From a virus, in IMG/VR virus record IMGVR_UViG_3300042565_001021, positions 32,001-96,000 of that record: 64,000 bases of DNA; one strand, written 5' to 3'. Each line of letters opens with the position of its first letter. Position 1 is the first letter of the stretch. Of this stretch, positions 60,871-64,000 are shown one piece after another. The translations under genes were made by a program, and so were the position numbers. A model generated the notes under the pieces. That model worked only from the letters and a program-made list of their open reading frames with translations, searched no databases and was not told where the DNA came from.

Positions 60871-61280
60871 TATCTCTTCCGTGTGCAAGCAGGGTGTGAA
60901 CCGTCACTCAATGATTTGCGGATTGCTTCGGAGTAGCGTGTCCATTTCGTTAGCTCTGCGTCGCTCAGTTCCATAAAGCGATTGTCCATCTCTACCCAGG
61001 CTTTTTCAATATCCGTTAATGGTTTGTTATACTGGTATTCGTGCTCGCGGATCTTATCTTCAGCGTTGATTGCTGCTGCGCGATGCTGTACAATACACTT
61101 CTTCGCTGCTTCGCTTGCTGCACCAGAATCAAAACGGTTCTTACCTTCAAAGCGTCCAATCTCTTTGCCATCAGCAGTAGCTACGAAGGTGTTCGTTAAA
61201 TCACCATCCTCGTCTTGGAGGCGGGTAATCTCATACTTTACCTTGCGAGCATCTTCTTTTAGGAATTCTTTGCTTAACAT
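60870..61280 (-). CDS. Putative internal virion protein
   Basis: MLSKEFLKE. Confidence 0.55.
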   Translation of the reverse strand: MLSKEFLKEDARKVKYEITRLQDEDGDLTNTFVATADGKEIGRFEGKNRFDSGAASEAAKKCIVQHRAAAINAEDKIREHEYQYNKPLTDIEKAWVEMDNRFMELSDAELTKWTRYSEAIRKSLSDGSHPACTRKR

Positions 61281-61972
61281 TAAACGGTTTCTCCCCAGGC
61301 AGTCATTAAGTTAACCACCATGCTGTCATTGTTTGGTCCATACAAAGGGAGTAAATAAAAAGACTCAGCGTGTAGCATAACTTCGTTTTTACTTCTGACT
61401 GCTTCTTTAACTGCGCCGACTTGATAGTCCCCGTCATCAAGCATCCATTTAATGGCCCCTATTAGGTTACGGTTGTTAGTATCTCCAACCCAATAACTCT
61501 TGCTAAATCCCGCTGCGGCAACTACCTCGCTAGGATAATGGTTAAACAAGAACATGTCGAGATGCTCAGTAAGGTCAGATATCTCGGGCGACCAACAAGC
61601 AGTAAATTCTCCTCTTGGAATGACTAATAAAGGATTGCCGTAGTCTCTAGCCATACCTTGAGATCCGGTCGCAAACAAAGCATTACTTCTGAACTTTATG
61701 CCAGTCGTTTCCTCGAAATATGCGTCGGCAATCTGATGAATAGCAAGGGGAGTATCTTTTGGCTTTCTGTTGACCGGGCACATGAGCACAGTGACTTGGT
61801 CAACACCCCTTCTTCCGTGATATAAGTCGTGCCTGTATAAGTCAAAGTCGATGGACTTTAGGTAAGGTTGACACTCGCTTTTTAGTACCTCAGCAAAACG
61901 GCGGAATTCCGGGGAGATAACAATTTCTTTCCCGGCTACAGTTACTTCAGTTATAAATTCAGAGCTTTTCAC
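61280..61972 (-). CDS. Putative internal virion protein, ART-like
   Basis: MKSSEFITE (GTG start); LYHG...RSNALFATGS...YG...NEVML. Confidence 0.55.
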   Translation of the reverse strand: MKSSEFITEVTVAGKEIVISPEFRRFAEVLKSECQPYLKSIDFDLYRHDLYHGRRGVDQVTVLMCPVNRKPKDTPLAIHQIADAYFEETTGIKFRSNALFATGSQGMARDYGNPLLVIPRGEFTACWSPEISDLTEHLDMFLFNHYPSEVVAAAGFSKSYWVGDTNNRNLIGAIKWMLDDGDYQVGAVKEAVRSKNEVMLHAESFYLLPLYGPNNDSMVVNLMTAWGETV

Positions 61973-62002
61973 TACTCGACATCCTTGGACATCGAGTATT
62001 TA
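61973..62002 (-). promoter_or_regulatory. Late promoter overlapping an RBS hairpin
   Basis: TAAATA (61997-62002) overlaps TACTCGATGTCC-AA-GGATGTCGAGTA, which ends at the GTG start. Confidence 0.65.
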
Positions 62003-62007
62003 TCTGT

Positions 62008-62595
62008 TTAGCGTCGAGTAATGATTTCGTCCACTAAGCCAAAGTCCAGGGCTTCTTGTGCGGACATGAAATTATCACGCTCCATGGCAGCAGCAAATTC
62101 GTCAAACGTCTTGCCTTTGCTATTGTGATCAACGTAGATCTGCGTAAGAACCTTCTTCATTTTGAGGATTTCTTCGACCTGAATAAGCATGTCCGTTGCT
62201 TGACCACGTGCACCACCGCTAGGTTGGTGAATCATGTGTCGTGCATACGGGAGGATCATGCGCTTACCTTTCGCGCCTGCTTGAGCAAGCAACGAACCCA
62301 TGCTACAGGCCTGACCCATTACGATAGTGCGAACGTCACACTTTACGAATTGCATGGTATCGTAGATGGCCATACCTGCCGTTACGATGCCGCCCGGGGA
62401 GTTGATGTAAAAGATAATCTCTTTGTCTGCATCTTCTGCTTCAAGGAACAACATTTGCGCTACGACTACGCTAGACGACACCTCGTTTACGTCATCGTGA
62501 AGCATAACGATACGGTCTTTAAGCAAGCGACTGTAGATATCGTAGCTACGTTCGCCTTTAGCGGTTTGCTCGACTACCATTGGAATAAGGGACAC
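62008..62595 (-). CDS. clpP: ATP-dependent Clp protease proteolytic subunit
   Basis: [39 protein letters not shown]. Confidence 0.97.
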   Translation of the reverse strand: MSLIPMVVEQTAKGERSYDIYSRLLKDRIVMLHDDVNEVSSSVVVAQMLFLEAEDADKEIIFYINSPGGIVTAGMAIYDTMQFVKCDVRTIVMGQACSMGSLLAQAGAKGKRMILPYARHMIHQPSGGARGQATDMLIQVEEILKMKKVLTQIYVDHNSKGKTFDEFAAAMERDNFMSAQEALDFGLVDEIITRR

Positions 62596-62662
62596 GGGTT
62601 ACCTTTCAAATTGTTAAGTTATATACTAACATAACTGAATAGCAAAGGTCAATCTGTTTGGC

Positions 62663-62736
62663 ATAAATAAAAGTGCAGTTCGCGATGTTGAAGCATCCAA
62701 CTGCCCTAGACTAACCAGGAGGCTATATGTCCAGCA
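62663..62736. ncRNA. Conserved two-hairpin element, copy 4
   Basis: GCAGTT/AACTGC stem, CGC bulge, GATG/CATC stem; CTAGAC/GTCCAG stem enclosing AGGAGG. Confidence 0.7.
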
Positions 62737-63275
62737 ATAATACTTATTACGTTTACGCATATCTGCGCAATAAAGACTCAAAAACTGCTAAAGCAGGAAC
62801 ACCTTATTATATTGGCAAAGGATCAGGACGACGCGCCTGGGTAACCCATAAACATAAGACCCCGGTGCCGAAAGATAAAACGTTTATTGTTCTACTTGAA
62901 CAGAATTTAACTGAAGTCGGAGCATTAGCCTTAGAGAGGAGAATGATTGCTTGGCATGGAAGAAAAGATTTAGGAACAGGCATTCTATTAAATAGAACAG
63001 ACGGAGGAGACGGTTGTAGCGGAGTTATTATGTCTGAATTAACTAAAGAAAAACGTAATGCTGCGCAAAGAGGAAAGAAGTTGTCAGAAGAACATAAGAG
63101 AAAAATATCTGTCGGTTCAAAATCAAGACCGCCTATATCCGAAGAAACGAGAGAAAAATTTAGGCTACGAAACAAAAACCGGGCGCCGATGACAGCTGAA
63201 GAGAGGGTAAAATTATCAATTGCAGTAACGCAGTCATGGGCAAGAAGAAAATTACTTAAATCTTCTGCCGCTTAA
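62727..63275 (+). CDS. GIY-YIG homing endonuclease with NUMOD3; paralogue of 14368-15027
   Basis: [26 protein letters not shown]...LLNRTDGGDG; LSEEHKRKIS. Confidence 0.85.
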   Translation: MSSNNTYYVYAYLRNKDSKTAKAGTPYYIGKGSGRRAWVTHKHKTPVPKDKTFIVLLEQNLTEVGALALERRMIAWHGRKDLGTGILLNRTDGGDGCSGVIMSELTKEKRNAAQRGKKLSEEHKRKISVGSKSRPPISEETREKFRLRNKNRAPMTAEERVKLSIAVTQSWARRKLLKSSAA

Positions 63276-63720
63276 TCCATTTGATTTCATCATATGTTGT
63301 TTTCAACGGAATACCAAAGCTTGCTAATTTCTTTCGAAATATGAAAAACGAAGGACCATGACTTAAGAGCGGAGCCCTACCTGAAGTTATTCTATCGGCG
63401 CCAAGGACCGACCATTGGTATTGATGGCACATTTCATGCGCTAGGATCATTATCATCCATTGAATACAGAAGAACCTGTAATTTAGCTTTATCTTCGTGT
63501 AATGCTTCGGCTCAGAAAAGCCTATACACATTCCCCACACGTTTAGGTTGCGTAGGTTGATGCTTGGGTGTTTTAACTTACCGTCGAATATATGGGTATT
63601 TAATAGATCGTATGCTTGGTGCACATCTTCTATTTTAGGCTGATACTTCTTCTTCCGCTGATAACGCTTACTAGGCAACGGAATCTTCATTAGTTCGATA
63701 AGGGAAGTAGAAGGAAGCAC
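63256..63720 (-). CDS. SprT-like zinc metalloprotease
   Basis: ILAHEMCHQYQ...SHGPSF. Confidence 0.8.
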   Translation of the reverse strand: MLPSTSLIELMKIPLPSKRYQRKKKYQPKIEDVHQAYDLLNTHIFDGKLKHPSINLRNLNVWGMCIGFSEPKHYTKIKLNYRFFCIQWMIMILAHEMCHQYQWSVLGADRITSGRAPLLSHGPSFFIFRKKLASFGIPLKTTYDEIKWIKRQKI

Positions 63721-63758
63721 ATGTTATTTAGTGCTTCGCTTCTACTATTTTGGAGTGG

Positions 63759-64000
63759 TTAATTCCAGATTTTTACTTGGTGCTTACACAGCAGACCGGT
63801 TGTGTCCGGAGTAACGTCAATCAATAACCCGGCCTCTTGGATTACATACGTTCCGTTGGACAGCTCAAGAAACTTGTACTTATCCAGCATATACCAGCCT
63901 GCGTCGTACCGCCCTTCGACAGGCGTATGCGCTGCAATATTGACGAAGTAGTTATTGGTCTTCTTGTCGTGGCAGGCGTCGGTAATTTCCCAGGTCCGAA
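63759..64000 (-). CDS. Hypothetical protein, 3' part only
   Basis: Open frame from the window edge to TAA at 63759. Confidence 0.55.
   Translation of the reverse strand, partial: RTWEITDACHDKKTNNYFVNIAAHTPVEGRYDAGWYMLDKYKFLELSNGTYVIQEAGLLIDVTPDTTGLLCKHQVKIWN

Noticed and set aside
368-62634. Long plus-strand ORFs opposite real genes (e.g. 2532-3200, 40705-41331, 46103-47211, 62056-62634)
   Set aside because: They are antisense shadows of well-supported minus-strand genes, with no motifs or RBS
62663-62736. HDV-like ribozyme reading of the minus-strand element (AGCCUCCU...GCGAA)
   Set aside because: The P2 pseudoknot pairing is missing and the resemblance does not hold in copies 1 and 2; self-cleavage should still be tested
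1-64000. tRNA, rRNA or CRISPR loci
   Set aside because: No cloverleaf or repeat-spacer pattern was seen in the short intergenic gaps by eye; tRNAscan-SE and a CRISPR finder would be needed to exclude them
1-64000. Stop-codon reassignment
   Set aside because: Conserved genes are full length in the standard code, and TAA, TAG and TGA all end genes at expected positions

Overview
This 64 kb window looks like part of a large lytic, distantly T4-like myovirus genome. Genes are dense, mostly on the minus strand, and read in the standard code. Two promoter classes are visible: sigma70-type early promoters (TTGAC-N16/17-TATAAT) and T4-late-like TAAATA promoters. Recognisable modules, in order: proteostasis (ClpA, DnaJ-class, GroES, ClpP); lysis (GH19 endolysin, spanins, holin-like); a TctA/TctC transporter cluster; PhoH; clamp loader; a DnaE fragment; MazG-like; baseplate and tail-fibre genes; an IF-1 gene with an AUA start that the ORF track missed; many small early genes; RNA ligase; DNA ligase; and a late operon. 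Four observations stand out. (1) Four antisense free-standing endonuclease genes are each preceded by the same covarying two-hairpin element, and its wobble pairs point to the minus strand. One of these insertions splits the RNA ligase into two genes. (2) Thirteen consecutive genes share a T4-internal-protein-like capsid-targeting N-terminus and encode kinase-, ART-, NTase-, GNAT- and ParB-like domains, which suggests a virion-injected effector arsenal. (3) Several small proteins carry isolated fragments of a gp23-type major capsid protein, including a Gol-peptide-like segment. (4) Two of those fragment carriers sit in an array of paralogues ending in 'F-x-L-K-W'. All assignments come from manual motif recognition; no searches were run.
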